A DNA stretch of 64,000 nt from Caecitellus pseudoparvulus (GCA_965644315.1 CBFFRQ010000069.1:1240001-1304000), one strand, 5' to 3'. Shown: positions 33,201 through 42,387, numbered from the stretch's first letter. Made by a program: numbers and translations. Notes: generated by a model from the letters alone, not told the origin.

Positions 33201-36200
33201 CCAAACGCACACTCATTTGACCCACACGCCCAGCCACACCGCCTCCTTCCCCAGCCTCCGCCTCCTCCGCACTCCGGAACACGCCCTGCACACTGTGCCG
33301 TGTGGCCAGGACTGGCGTCACATCGAATGCCTGTGCGTCGGCAAGGGCGCCTTCCTGCACCTGGTTGATGACGACGCCACGCTTGGCGGTGGTGGACTGC
33401 AGCATTCGGCCACCAACCGTCTCCTTCACCTTGGCCTGCAGACGGGGCTTGCACAGGTCATCCTCGCCATCCTTGCTCGGGGGAGGAGGCCGGTATCCAG
33501 GAGAGCCAGGGCGGTTGTTGACAACGTGGGGCACGGGCACAGCCGTCCTGTCGTACTCCACCTGAGTTGTGTCAGGCACCAGAGCTCCCAGCCGGGAGGT
33601 GTAGTGGTTGGGCGCCACCCCACACGCGCCCAGCGCCGCAGCCGTCCCCCGAGCCACCGTCGGCACCGCCGTACCCAGCTCCGTGCGCGCTGCCACAGCC
33701 CCATGCGCATCCAGCAAGTCCACCACCACAGGCTCCGCTGCCGTCGTCGTCACCGCCACCTGATCCGTCGAGATGCCCAGGTCGTGCAGCACACCAGCTG
33801 TCAACTGGATGTCCAACTCCGTCAAACCACCCCGCAAAGGCCGCCCCTCCTCGTCCCACTGCTGAGGCGGCAGCTCCACAGCCACCACCTCCCCTGCGAT
33901 GCGCACACCCACCGCAGTCGCGCTCGGTGCCAGTGCATGCAGGGAGTCCTTGTCCAAGCGCAAGTGCAGTGTGCCCACCACCTCGTCCTCACCAGCCCCT
34001 CCCTCGCCGCTCTGCAGCGCCTTCGCCGTTGCCTCTGTCAAGGCGGTGTACCCCACCTGCGCTCGCAGCAGGGGCTGGCACACACCCGACTCGATGCCCT
34101 CGGCCGTCACGACAGACTTCTTGCCGTCGCCAGAGGGCGTCACGGCCCCCGTGTTTCGGCGGGGTGAAGTGACGCCGGCGCCCACTTGCGTCTCGTGCAT
34201 GCGGCCCCACTGAGGCGTGCCGGATGTGCTGGCAGGGGGCTTGTCCTCAGAATCCTTGACTCGGACCGTTGCTGGCGCTTCCGTCGGCCCCTGGAGCGAC
34301 TTGCGCTGCCCGAGGAATCGACGCAAGGCCGATGCCGCGTCGTCCGTCAACGGCAGCGCACCCGCACTCCCACCACCCTCAGGCGACTGGTGCTCCAACA
34401 ACGCAGCTGCCAGGCCCTGCAGCGCCACATCGCCCATGTCGTGCAGACCCGTGTGCCCCACCTTCACGCCGTTCTCGTCACGCACCAGCACATCCATCCC
34501 CCCACGACCCTCCTCACCCAGCACCTCGCTTAGCGGCAAGTGCACCACCACACGCCCTGCGGCACCGTCGCCACCACCCGCTGCAGCCAGCTGGGCGTTT
34601 TGCGCGCCTGCCCAGTGACCGCTGTACTTCCCGCCGCCCGCGCCACGCACCACCACACGCCCATCCTCACCACGAGTGCGCACTTCCACAAACGCCGGCG
34701 TGCCGCCAGTGCTGCCGGACTTGTCATCACCCAGGACGCTGAGCACAACACCAGCAGTGCCGGCCTCCCCTCCACCAGCGCTGCCGTGGCTGTCCATTTT
34801 CTGCAGCATGGTAGTCAGCACTGCCTTCAGCTTCTGCTCCTCTTGCTCCGTCATGCTCTTCCTGGACTCGTCAGAAGCGTCAACGGATGCCATGCCCTCA
34901 GCAGCACTGTTGAGGTCCTTCAGCATCCGCCCCAACAAACGCACCGCAGCCCCATCCAACACCGGCGCGTAGTCCAAACGCACACTCATCTGACCCACAC
35001 GCCCAGCCACACCGCCTCCTTCCCCAGCCTCCGCCTCCTCCGCACTCCGGAACACGCCCTGCACACTGTGTCGTGTGGCCAGGACCGGCGTCACATCGAA
35101 TGCCTGTGCGTCGGCAAGGGCGCCTTCCTGCACCTGGTTGATGACGACGCCGCGCTTGGCGGTGGTGGACTGCGACCGCTTGTCGCCCAGCGTCTCTGTA
35201 ACCTGGGCGAACAAGGTTCGAGGGATGGGGGCGGGTGGCGCTTCGGGCTTTGGCTTGCGGCCGCCGCGCCGCTGGGGCGCAGGTGCCGCTGCCCCCTCCG
35301 CAGCACCTTCCTGTGGGTGTGCCGCGCGTTGCGGCGGCTTGCTTGATGCGCCAGGTGTGCTGCCTGCACCTGCGGTTGGCACTCCAGCTGCCTGCTTCGC
35401 CAGCTGCTCAGCCTTCGCAGCCGCGGCAGAGTCCCTCGACGCCTGGGCTTGAGCAGTGGCAGCCGCAGCCTCTGCCTTCGCTTGCTCGCGGCGCGAGACA
35501 GCTTGGTCCCGCCCTTGAAGGATGACATCGGCCAGAGGGATGCGGAGCACGCCCAGTGTCTCCTCCTCAGGCTCGCCGTCGGAGTCCAAGCCAGGCTGCC
35601 CGGTGGGCAGCGCACGCAGCATCACCTCGATTGCGTCGTCTGCCTGGACATCCCCTGCGTTCAGGGGTACGAGGAGCACCGCGTTCATGGAGGTGGGGTC
35701 CACTGCACCATCTGCGTCCTGATCGGGGTCCGCCCCGATCCGAAGCAGCTCGCTGCCCACCCGCTTCCCGCACACGTACACGTCAGCAGCTGCGGTGCTG
35801 TCCCCCATGAGCTCAGCGAGGCCCTGAACATTGTTCAAGCGCACTGTCAGCGTGCCTTTAGCCCGCGGCAGCAGCTTCACTGGCTCCTGGGCGGGTGGGG
35901 GCGGCACCTTGCCGCGTGCCTGGGGTGTGGGGGGTGCAGACGCAGCCTCCTTTGAAGCCCGCGCGACGCTGACGGGTGTGTACCCGAGGGGATACTGTGT
36001 GGGGGGGTAGGCAGTGCCAAAGCCGGCTGCCCCCAGCTCCCCAAAGCCATCAGCACCACCTGCACCTGCTCCGCCTGTGGGCCCACCGCCGCGTGGATGA
36101 AGGTCTGGGTAACCTGTGATGCCACCCACGCCAATGGTGCCTGGAGAGCCGTCGCCGTCAATGCCGTGCTGCTGTGCATACCGGTGCCACAGCTCGTACA

Positions 36201-37326
36201 GTTCAGTGGGGTCCTGCTGACCTTGGTTGTAGCGCGGCCTGCGCCGACTGATGGCGCGGTTTGCCTCTCGCCCCACAGACAGCCGCCGCTTGCGGGTTTG
36301 CGGCGGGTCGTACACTGGCACCTTGGGCATGGGGACAGGCTTGGGCCCGTGTGAGTAAATGTACTGAGCGACGGCAAGCCGAGCAGCAATAGCGTCAGGG
36401 ACGCCTGGGAGGCCCCGGTCCTGCACGATGCCCACCCGGCGCAGCATGCCTGGCGTGAGGTTCACAAGGCCAGCCGGGCCGGTGCTGGACGCGAGAAGGG
36501 AGGTGTCCAGGACGGCACCGCCGCCCCTGGTCGTGCGAGCCGAGCGCGGGGGAGCGTACGCCCTCGGAGACGCCATGGGGTCTCCCTCGTCCCACAGTTC
36601 GTCCGGGACCCTCGCAGACTCGGAGGTCGCACCGCGACGCGCTGATCGGGAGCCGCCCTGCATGGCGCTGCGCAGGCCCTTGAGCGAGAGCGACTTCATG
36701 GGCCGCGACAAATCCCTGCTGCGAGGTTGCATGCGGGCAATTCGAGGGGATGAGGCCTGGGGCTTGCGCCTGCGAGCCTCGCTGAGCTGGCGCCTGAGCT
36801 CAACCGCCTCCTCGTCCACGCGAGTCGGCGAGTGAAAGCCACGGCGACGAGAGCGAGAGGGAGACACCCCGTCCGCAAAGATGGTGCGTCTGCCATAGGT
36901 GCACGCGCGTGCGTACGTGCCCCGCACGTCGTGGTCCTTCTCCTCGGCGCTGTCGTCAGATCGTGCGTCAAACTCGAAGTCGCTTGCGGCCGCCCGCCAC
37001 CTTGCCCGGGGCGTCGTGCCGAGCGCTGTAGCTGCGTACACTGCACTGCCTGCAGGCCCCTGCTGCCTTGCGAGCGGAATGATGGGCTGGTGCTGCGCGG
37101 CGGCCCGGATGGTGGCTTCACGGGCCTTGGCCGAGCGCAGGTCGGCAGCTGCTGTCATGGAAGAGTACAGCTGCGAAATGCGCTCTGGAGACATGCCCCC
37201 CTCCTGCCCAGCGCCATGACGCTGGTCACGAGTGACTGGGAAGGCTGATGCAGGTGGTGCACGGTGGGAATACCCGCCCTGTGTGCCTCGCTGCACGCCT
37301 TGGCTGCGAGTCTGGCGGTGCTGCAT
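27238..37326 (-). CDS. ~3360-aa protein: disordered N-terminus, duplicated beta-rich (C2-like) block, IQ motifs, four dynein-MTBD-like repeats
   Basis: Single ORF 27238..37380, first ATG 37326. IQ motifs 'IQSLARGRQAR', 'IQRVFRGH', 'IQSAFRGMQGR' (~30555-30920). Four repeats resembling the dynein stalk tip lie at ~27370-30390. Confidence 0.8.
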   Translation of the reverse strand: MQHRQTRSQGVQRGTQGGYSHRAPPASAFPVTRDQRHGAGQEGGMSPERISQLYSSMTAAADLRSAKAREATIRAAAQHQPIIPLARQQGPAGSAVYAATALGTTPRARWRAAASDFEFDARSDDSAEEKDHDVRGTYARACTYGRRTIFADGVSPSRSRRRGFHSPTRVDEEAVELRRQLSEARRRKPQASSPRIARMQPRSRDLSRPMKSLSLKGLRSAMQGGSRSARRGATSESARVPDELWDEGDPMASPRAYAPPRSARTTRGGGAVLDTSLLASSTGPAGLVNLTPGMLRRVGIVQDRGLPGVPDAIAARLAVAQYIYSHGPKPVPMPKVPVYDPPQTRKRRLSVGREANRAISRRRPRYNQGQQDPTELYELWHRYAQQHGIDGDGSPGTIGVGGITGYPDLHPRGGGPTGGAGAGGADGFGELGAAGFGTAYPPTQYPLGYTPVSVARASKEAASAPPTPQARGKVPPPPAQEPVKLLPRAKGTLTVRLNNVQGLAELMGDSTAAADVYVCGKRVGSELLRIGADPDQDADGAVDPTSMNAVLLVPLNAGDVQADDAIEVMLRALPTGQPGLDSDGEPEEETLGVLRIPLADVILQGRDQAVSRREQAKAEAAAATAQAQASRDSAAAAKAEQLAKQAAGVPTAGAGSTPGASSKPPQRAAHPQEGAAEGAAAPAPQRRGGRKPKPEAPPAPIPRTLFAQVTETLGDKRSQSTTAKRGVVINQVQEGALADAQAFDVTPVLATRHSVQGVFRSAEEAEAGEGGGVAGRVGQMSVRLDYAPVLDGAAVRLLGRMLKDLNSAAEGMASVDASDESRKSMTEQEEQKLKAVLTTMLQKMDSHGSAGGGEAGTAGVVLSVLGDDKSGSTGGTPAFVEVRTRGEDGRVVVRGAGGGKYSGHWAGAQNAQLAAAGGGDGAAGRVVVHLPLSEVLGEEGRGGMDVLVRDENGVKVGHTGLHDMGDVALQGLAAALLEHQSPEGGGSAGALPLTDDAASALRRFLGQRKSLQGPTEAPATVRVKDSEDKPPASTSGTPQWGRMHETQVGAGVTSPRRNTGAVTPSGDGKKSVVTAEGIESGVCQPLLRAQVGYTALTEATAKALQSGEGGAGEDEVVGTLHLRLDKDSLHALAPSATAVGVRIAGEVVAVELPPQQWDEEGRPLRGGLTELDIQLTAGVLHDLGISTDQVAVTTTAAEPVVVDLLDAHGAVAARTELGTAVPTVARGTAAALGACGVAPNHYTSRLGALVPDTTQVEYDRTAVPVPHVVNNRPGSPGYRPPPPSKDGEDDLCKPRLQAKVKETVGGRMLQSTTAKRGVVINQVQEGALADAQAFDVTPVLATRHSVQGVFRSAEEAEAGEGGGVAGRVGQMSVRLDYAPVLDGAAVRLLGRMLKDLDKAGAQSARSRPAAVKAALTAILLEMDEHDEAGGEAGTAGVVLSVLGDDKSGSTGGTPAFVEVRTRGEDGRVVVRGAGGGKYSGHWAGAQGDGDAAGRVVVHLPLSEVLGEEGRGGMDVLVRDENGVKVGHTGLHDMGDVALQGLAAALLEHQSPEGGGSAGALPLTDDAASALREFLGQASEEGSSPAADAAKVEAKDSEDKPPASTSGTPQWGRMHETQVGAGVTSPRRNTGAVTPSGDGKKSVVTAEGIESGVCQPLLRAQVGYTALTEATAKALQSGEGGAGEDEVVGTLHLRLDKDSLHALAPSATAVGVRIAGEVVAVELPPQQWDEEGRPLRGGLTELDIQLTAGVLHDLGISTDQVAVTTTAAEPVVVDLLDAHGAVAARTELGTAVPTVARGTAAALGACGVAPNHYTTQLASIAPDTSSVTPDAATRHLAGRIPQAHQPAGALAVAREEEDTDDSGPVTPIPPRQLEDGDVLVALPDQAYDMADPESHVLDAGLNLNMGLTWQPDVADLTEVLDEEDAMNAAIRGEAPPSTREQGPSKSKGAGAGRRHDSPPGSPGDPSGMDALSSTARGMSGAPSWSEGSKGSMGNEPTKGDPRSRRELAQPSKFAHAPHRDQAPPPATFQEFLESSRRDRAADHGRASHRQGRLDPLRPRSTAPLGRTLGSDGYSMVDFHEGKRGRPRQSPRREDLDEEERHDPRNVQHDIRSMDDWFERQEVAAMPTQAEMHDATTSMQKLWRGHQGRKEAAQVRRERDAAVRIQSLARGRQARTQYTQMQAEQAAKEAAAAEQLTRVAKGHLARRKAQHIREDRAATNIQRVFRGHVAAEQVECRRVERKAAVAIQSAFRGMQGRQTAQHRQAEVACESAWKDVQRVLVKHAEGTESGEGLSLRKEEKVKITPYHTDVSSDAVGMLPPGHLPAVGAMDPLAPPTVVALAASAVLLGVENPTWDMVKAMLQSGDLQHKLTTTLPYQIPDERRQRALAVLRLLPDHDKACHATGSFPDDFAHFARLAPKDVHDSRDTSHAPRMHKGYVPSTASYASPKVSPGRSEGGAEGFHAGQGKEDSVGEDDALAVLVGLETAQDESEVQAESAHALRAWALNLALWDASTSVENRAAAAIQAAARARAARREAAKSRNPSGIEVVAVSEMGESDSDTGSVSSFRDLKVSQEAIDAISGQVLNITAEQMTELVQTPKPTQDMVVVAGSLCVLLNVPKPSWSTAKKVIRKRGFLKKLSMVHPSLLEEKSRRVSRRVLRKHPAHAKAIVDVQGLVKQATMGRTLSHGASMADLYGGMKEVKARRLRTAASMAIMSRRAAARARGGLSPIPDEAAMSGSASTSQLGRPSTQGNLTRPYAPQAGDGEAGVQFLGSGGSALSGSGSAVDIAKAFKGSANRAATAEDLEKAGVDVGALQILHRWCLLMSWWNPKEKASLAKGLGAKVDQEVVEHYRELGYENPEEAAAAAAIAAAAEVSEGDHVSDVFKKQGQFVSPEHLDHYTRHFKRMELERKATASNMRSTPTLKSAGEAIRAGLRMKAGSAAGSNPEDDDSEEEAQAARAHTPDEPVLTLKEARQALASLSAEEVAGLQKVDPGSPAMAVVASAICILTRSQPSWQSARALFAQPLELLSGLVNIKQGAVSERMRHVLATLMGSRRLHGLSRSRERSSGRVLSTFLRWLIALLSDSKMALSDVPLPRSARMSAVQFSYVGLEERKLARIRSRAKMAAGDASSVGERSVDSGHDRSVPTYPSNSTAKVIRFVEHFDPTKEGVCAMTARAVFRSLAWRAKMRLRQWTQAKAMDDLKLSTTLGRSRRGLLDLTRHDINTFRRQRPVTQESVIIAGGICVLLGVKPSWKYTRKVLEEPDILQFFVKLAREQIDEDSRSVVRGLLEEHGEELPRLVRASPFMLVHRFHAWFLAFTEGVEVARDAASRAASRPDSSAGTPRPGSRPASGAAAGEVAFNK
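31888..33400. repeat. Copy A of a near-identical intragenic tandem duplication
   Basis: 31888-32548 matches 33598-34258 with one substitution seen (32425/34135). Further near-identical blocks extend to 33400/35173. Confidence 0.95.
33598..35173. repeat. Copy B of a near-identical intragenic tandem duplication
   Basis: Direct repeat of 31888-33400. The offset changes from 1710 to 1773 because of in-frame divergent patches. Confidence 0.95.
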
Positions 37327-37524
37327 CGTGGCAGGGGCAGAAAAGTAGCCACAGCAGCCTGCGCTGGGGGAGCAGAGCACGGGGCCAGTGGCCGGACTGA
37401 GGAAGAGTACTGAAGAGCCTGCACTTCCTTAGAGTGCCCAGCTGGTGGCACAGGGTCGCGTTGAATTGTGAGCAGGCAGCAGAAGTGCGGCGGCTTCGGT
37501 GGGCGCACAAGCGATGGCTGGCGC

Positions 37525-39375
37525 TCAGCTGCCGGCCTTGTGGAACGCCGGGGCACGAGAAGGCACGGTCCCGCTGCCACCTCCTGAACCCCCTGCGGCA
37601 GCGGCCATGCTGCCTTGTTTGCCCAGGGCTGCCAGGGATGCCCTGCCACCGCCCCTCTGCTCAGCGCTGGCGCCCATGAGGCTGTCCAGGCCGAAAACGT
37701 CCTGGCCGCCGCCTGGCCCGCTTCCTCCCTCGGCGCGTGTGAAGGCCACTGGCCCCGTGCGTGGCGCCGCCGACCTGTCCACGCCCTCAAAGTCCACATC
37801 TGGCTTGAAGGAGCGGGCGCTCTTGAGAGCCCCGATCTGCTCCTCGGCAGTGCCGACGCCAGCGCCCTCTGCCCGCGTGGGGCGGTAAATGCTGCGGGCC
37901 GTGCTGCTCCGCCACGCCTTGTCGTACGCGTTGTACTCGTCGTCGGCGCCGAAGCCAGAGTCCATGCCGCCACTCTGGTTGAACAGGCGGGAGTCGAACA
38001 TGGCCTCCCCCTTCAGCGTCTGGGCCACAGGCATGCCCAAGGCCACCCGCTCCGACACGTCGCGATCCGCGTCCCGCGTCGTCTTGGCCTTCTTCCCGGC
38101 AGCCTCCATGCGCAGGTCGCGCTCCCGCTCGCGACGGCGCTCCAGGCGCGCCTGCTCGCGCTGCACAGCCATGGGGTCCTGGGCGCCGCCCGAGGGGGGT
38201 GCTGCCGCGCCCAGCGGCGACCTTGCTCGCTTGTGCCCCCCCGTCCGCTCCCGGCGCTGGCCCGCTGCACCAGGCGCCCTGTCCTCGTCGCTGTCGCTCT
38301 CCCCGGCGTACGTCGGCGCAGCCTGGGCCAAATGCCCCCCCTCCACCCCTGCCGGCGGCACGACAACCCCTGCCCGAGCCATGCGCGTCTGGGCCGCCAT
38401 CGCACGCAGCTGCTCCTGCTTGTCCTTCTGCCGCTTGAGCTCCAGCTGGCTGGCGATTTCCGCGCGCTTGCGCACCTGCTCGCTGCACTTCTGCTCTGCC
38501 AGGTACAGCGCCTCCGCGATGCCGGCAAACTTGTCGTTGATGGTGGTTTCCCGCAGGGACCGGCCGTCCGCCGCCAGGCGCTTGTCCAGGGGCACGGTGT
38601 ACCCCTTGTGGTTCTTCCAGTTGCTGACACAGGGCGGGATCTTCCACGCCTGCTGCTCAGCCACAGAGATCTTCTTGGCCTGGCTGTGCATGATGGGCAC
38701 GGGGGGGGAGGGCGGCCCGCCTGGCACCTTCTTGTGCTTCACGTTGGGCGGCTCCATGGGGTCCACGGGCGCCTCCATGACCTTGATCACTCGCTGCGGC
38801 ACGGCAGCGTTGTACCCCGGTGCCGAGGCGGAGGGCGTGTACCTGAAGTACTGACTCTGCCGGTGGCGCTCTTCGGACTGCTCGTTCCACAGCTTCGTCG
38901 GGCGCGCCGCCGAGACGGCTGAGCCCACCAGCCTCTCCAGCGCGGCTTTCGTGCGGTTTGTCGTCTCTGCCTCCTCCTCCGCAGAGGGGCGCGCCAGGGA
39001 GTCCCCTGCCTCAGCCCGGTGCTCCACGAGGTCTGTGAAGCGGGACTGGATGCGCTTGCCGCCCTTGGCGTGCTGCTGCACCACCATGTCATGCCGGGCC
39101 TGGCCACTGCCGTCTGTGCGCATGGTCAGCACCTTGCTGCTCTTGCGGCCAGGCCGCCCCATGCCCAGGGGGAACTGCGCCACGTGGATTTCAGGAAAGG
39201 CGCCGCCATCGCCATAGGCGCTGGCAGACGTTGGGCGCCACCCGCTCTTGGCCCGGTGGGGGTAAGCTGGGATGGCTTCACGTGCCACGCTGAGCTGTTT
39301 TGCGTGCCCTGCACTTTCATCTTTCACGTGGTATGTGTGCACGGGCTTCGGCAGGGCTGCTGCCAACGCCGCCAT
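37525..39375 (-). CDS. SNW1: SNW domain-containing protein 1 / SKIP / Prp45 splicing factor
   Basis: Motifs 'YGDGGAFPEIHVAQFPLGMG', 'DPMEPP', 'PPSPPVPIMHS', 'WKIPPCVSNWKN.KGYTVPLDKRLAADGR' and 'FDSRLFNQ'. ATG 39375. Confidence 0.97.
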   Translation of the reverse strand: MAALAAALPKPVHTYHVKDESAGHAKQLSVAREAIPAYPHRAKSGWRPTSASAYGDGGAFPEIHVAQFPLGMGRPGRKSSKVLTMRTDGSGQARHDMVVQQHAKGGKRIQSRFTDLVEHRAEAGDSLARPSAEEEAETTNRTKAALERLVGSAVSAARPTKLWNEQSEERHRQSQYFRYTPSASAPGYNAAVPQRVIKVMEAPVDPMEPPNVKHKKVPGGPPSPPVPIMHSQAKKISVAEQQAWKIPPCVSNWKNHKGYTVPLDKRLAADGRSLRETTINDKFAGIAEALYLAEQKCSEQVRKRAEIASQLELKRQKDKQEQLRAMAAQTRMARAGVVVPPAGVEGGHLAQAAPTYAGESDSDEDRAPGAAGQRRERTGGHKRARSPLGAAAPPSGGAQDPMAVQREQARLERRRERERDLRMEAAGKKAKTTRDADRDVSERVALGMPVAQTLKGEAMFDSRLFNQSGGMDSGFGADDEYNAYDKAWRSSTARSIYRPTRAEGAGVGTAEEQIGALKSARSFKPDVDFEGVDRSAAPRTGPVAFTRAEGGSGPGGGQDVFGLDSLMGASAEQRGGGRASLAALGKQGSMAAAAGGSGGGSGTVPSRAPAFHKAGS

Positions 39376-39582
39376 GCTGGGGAAAAGCGGAAATTGACGC
39401 GTAAGTGCCCGTGCGGGTTGCTGCCGAGGCAGCGCACAGGATGGCAAAAAAGGCAGACCCAGCTGAGCAACGAGCCAATGTATCTGTAGCACGTTCCAAT
39501 CAGTTGGTGTTTGAATGTGGAGACCTCCCCTGAGTGCGGGGGCAAGGCAGGGCGTGAGCACGGCTGCATTGGCGGGACATGC

Positions 39583-42387
39583 TTAGTCTTCCAGGCCTTC
39601 CTCCTCTTCGTCATCGTCCTCGATGTCAAACTCGGCCTCCTCCTCCTCCCCCGGCAGACCGCTATGGTCGTCCTGGGCCGCCAGTGCCGCGTAGTCCACG
39701 CTGCCATCCGGAAGGCGAGGAATGTCAGGCAACTCAGCGACGTCGTCGCCGCCGCCGCCGCGCCGAGAGCGCCTGGAGCGCTTGGGTGCGCTGCCGGCTG
39801 CCTCTGCCTCCACAGCTGCCGCGGTGGGAGCGGGGGCAGGTGCGCTCTTGGCGGGCTCTGGTGCCGCAGGAGCGCTGCCAGTCACCTTGGCTGCCGCCTC
39901 CGCCTGCCGCATCTCCAGGTCCAGCTTGGCGTAGTCGACGCTCTCCCGGGCACGCTTGCTGCGCCGCCCAGACGTCACAGCGGCGGGGGCTGGGACAGGG
40001 GGTGCAGATACCTGCTCGGCGGCAGCGGCGGCGACAGGCTGTGCAGCAGCTTGCCCCCCCGCACCGGGTGCCTCCACGCCCACGCCTTCGGCGTCCAGGC
40101 GCGCCTGCACCTCTGCTGCAGCTGCAGCAGCGTCGAACTTGGCAGTGTTGGGTCGCTGCAGCTCCTGCACGTGGGCGGCGACAGAGTTGGCGAAGGCGGA
40201 CACGGGCCCACCCTGGATGCGGTACCCCCCCTCCAGAACAGACACGATGCGGCCGCCACAGGTGGCGTTTGCCACCTGTACCAACTGCCGTGTGAGCCAG
40301 GTGTAGTCCTCCTCCTGCAGGCCCACGTAGCCGTGGTTGAGCTCGTCCCTCTTGTGCGCGTCAAAGCCAGCCGAGATGAGGATGAGGTCGGGTGCGAAGT
40401 CCGCCATGGCTGGCAGGACGTCGGTGGCCAGCACCTTCCGCCAGAGGCCGACGGGGCAGCCCCACGGCACGGCCACGTTCACCAGGCGGGGCTTGGTGAC
40501 CTCCCCTTCGAACAGCCCACACACGTCGTCTTCGTCGAAGGCCGCCCCCTCTTCATCCTCTGGCTGGCCGCCCGTCTCGCCCCACTTGTTCGTGAACCCT
40601 AGGCCGGCATGTCCGCAGTTCGCGCCGGAGCCGGCGTAGAACCAGGGGGCCCCGCGGATGCCCGTGGCACGGGGGTCCCGCTTGCCGTAGCCATGGGAAG
40701 ACACGAACATGGTGCTGGCGCCGTCTTGCTGGTCCAGCCACGGCTTGTAGCTGTCCCGGCCAATGAACAGGTTTGCGAAGGGCAGCTCCACATCCTTCAG
40801 CTCCGAGGACGGCACGAGGTTCTTCACACACGCCTCCGTGCCGTTGCCGTGGTGCACGTCAAAGTCCACGATGAGGACTCGCGAGATGGGCGCCCCCGTG
40901 GGCGTGCCCTTTGCGTACGTCGCCCGAGCGTGAGCAGCGGCAATGGCGACGTTGTTCAGCAGGCAGAAGCCGTGGCTTCCGTTGGGGTCATTGGCGTTGG
41001 TGACTTTGCCCCAGGGTCCCGCGTGGTGCCCTGGCGGCCGCACAGCACAGAAGGCGTTCGTCGCCTTGCCTGCCGCCACGGCGTCCACTGCGGCGCAGGC
41101 CGCGCCAGCCGCAGCCAGCGCCGCGGCCCAAGAGCCGTGTGAGACAGCCGTGTCGCCATCCAGGCCTGTGAGCTGCTGCACACCTGGCGTGGGTGTGGGG
41201 GGCACAGCACTGCACGTGCGCAGCAGCTTGCGCACGTACGAGTACTCGTGCACGCGCAAGACCTGGGCGATGGTGGCGGGCGGGGGGGACCGCTGCCACG
41301 CACAGGCTGCGAGGGCTGCGCGGTGCAGCACGCCGAAGCCTGGGTCCACCAACACGCGCAGGCGCCAGACGTTCTCTGGGGGCGGCGGCAGCGCGTGGCG
41401 CTGGATGGGGAAGGGCGCCGTGTGGTGCTGCAGGCAGTCTGGTGACGTGACCAGCAAGGTGTCCTTCCTGCCTGCACCACCGGAGGCGCCAGCCACCTGG
41501 GCAGGCGTCAGTCCAGCCATGTTGCGGACATCTCCCGCGCCCAGGGACTTGGCCAGGTCCCCTGCCCCCGCGGCTGCCGCCAGGTGGGCAGGCGCATTGC
41601 CCCAAGCGTCCAGCGGCGCCGTGTCGACGCCCAAGGACAGCAGCGCCTCCACCACAGCCGACGCGCCTGCCTCAGCGCCCTCGTGCAGGGCTGTGCGGCC
41701 CTGTGCGTCGCGGGAGTTCGCCCAGCGAGTGGTCGCAGCAGCTTGCTCTTCCTCACTGGGCGGAGCAGGCGGCTGGAGCCCCTGCACGCCCGGCGCGCCT
41801 TCAGCTGCTCGGGCGGCATGCAGCGCAGCCAGGTCCTCCGCCTCGGCACACAGGTGTCGCTTGTAGGCGTCCAGGACGGGCTGCAGCCACTCTGCATGGC
41901 CAGTGGCTGCTGCAGCTGCCAGGGCAGTGCGGCCTGCGTGATCGGTGGCCGTGACAGGTGCCCCTGCACCCAGCAGGAGAGGCAGCGCCTCAGACACAAA
42001 TTCCGCAGCGCCATCCTGCAGTCCGACGGTGAAGAGGTACTGCACCACTGGCGTGCCTTCGCAGTACGCCAACAGCTCCACTTCGTGGTCCAGGCAAGCC
42101 TTCAAGCAGGGCATGGAGCGGTACATCATCGACAGGAACAGTGGCGTGAGCTCCATCCAGTCCCGCTCCTCTGCTGAGGCAAGCGCCACCTGCCGGGCTT
42201 CAGGGTCGAAGTCATCGTCCTCGTCATCGCTGCCACCGCCATCGGCCGCACCGGCCAGCGAAGGCTGGGCATCTTTCTTTGCCTTGGCCAGCAGCTGCCG
42301 CAGCTTGTCAGCGTCGCCAGCCTCCACAGCCTCGTGCATGTCAAACTGCAGGTGGATGGCGCCCACGCTGCCATCGTCGCTGTCCAT
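39583..42387 (-). CDS. Class II-type histone deacetylase with N-terminal ankyrin repeats
   Basis: Ankyrins 'DHAGRTALAAAA' and 'DAQGRTALHEGA'. HDAC motifs 'RPPGHHA', 'GFCLLNNVAIAA', 'DFDVHHGNGT', 'SAGFDAH' and 'LEGGY'. ATG 42387 is preferred. Confidence 0.93.
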   Translation of the reverse strand: MDSDDGSVGAIHLQFDMHEAVEAGDADKLRQLLAKAKKDAQPSLAGAADGGGSDDEDDDFDPEARQVALASAEERDWMELTPLFLSMMYRSMPCLKACLDHEVELLAYCEGTPVVQYLFTVGLQDGAAEFVSEALPLLLGAGAPVTATDHAGRTALAAAAATGHAEWLQPVLDAYKRHLCAEAEDLAALHAARAAEGAPGVQGLQPPAPPSEEEQAAATTRWANSRDAQGRTALHEGAEAGASAVVEALLSLGVDTAPLDAWGNAPAHLAAAAGAGDLAKSLGAGDVRNMAGLTPAQVAGASGGAGRKDTLLVTSPDCLQHHTAPFPIQRHALPPPPENVWRLRVLVDPGFGVLHRAALAACAWQRSPPPATIAQVLRVHEYSYVRKLLRTCSAVPPTPTPGVQQLTGLDGDTAVSHGSWAAALAAAGAACAAVDAVAAGKATNAFCAVRPPGHHAGPWGKVTNANDPNGSHGFCLLNNVAIAAAHARATYAKGTPTGAPISRVLIVDFDVHHGNGTEACVKNLVPSSELKDVELPFANLFIGRDSYKPWLDQQDGASTMFVSSHGYGKRDPRATGIRGAPWFYAGSGANCGHAGLGFTNKWGETGGQPEDEEGAAFDEDDVCGLFEGEVTKPRLVNVAVPWGCPVGLWRKVLATDVLPAMADFAPDLILISAGFDAHKRDELNHGYVGLQEEDYTWLTRQLVQVANATCGGRIVSVLEGGYRIQGGPVSAFANSVAAHVQELQRPNTAKFDAAAAAAEVQARLDAEGVGVEAPGAGGQAAAQPVAAAAAEQVSAPPVPAPAAVTSGRRSKRARESVDYAKLDLEMRQAEAAAKVTGSAPAAPEPAKSAPAPAPTAAAVEAEAAGSAPKRSRRSRRGGGGDDVAELPDIPRLPDGSVDYAALAAQDDHSGLPGEEEEAEFDIEDDDEEEEGLED

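Noticed and set aside
27238-37326. Dynein heavy chain or myosin gene
   Set aside because: No P-loop, AAA or myosin motor motifs are visible; only MTBD-like and IQ modules are present.
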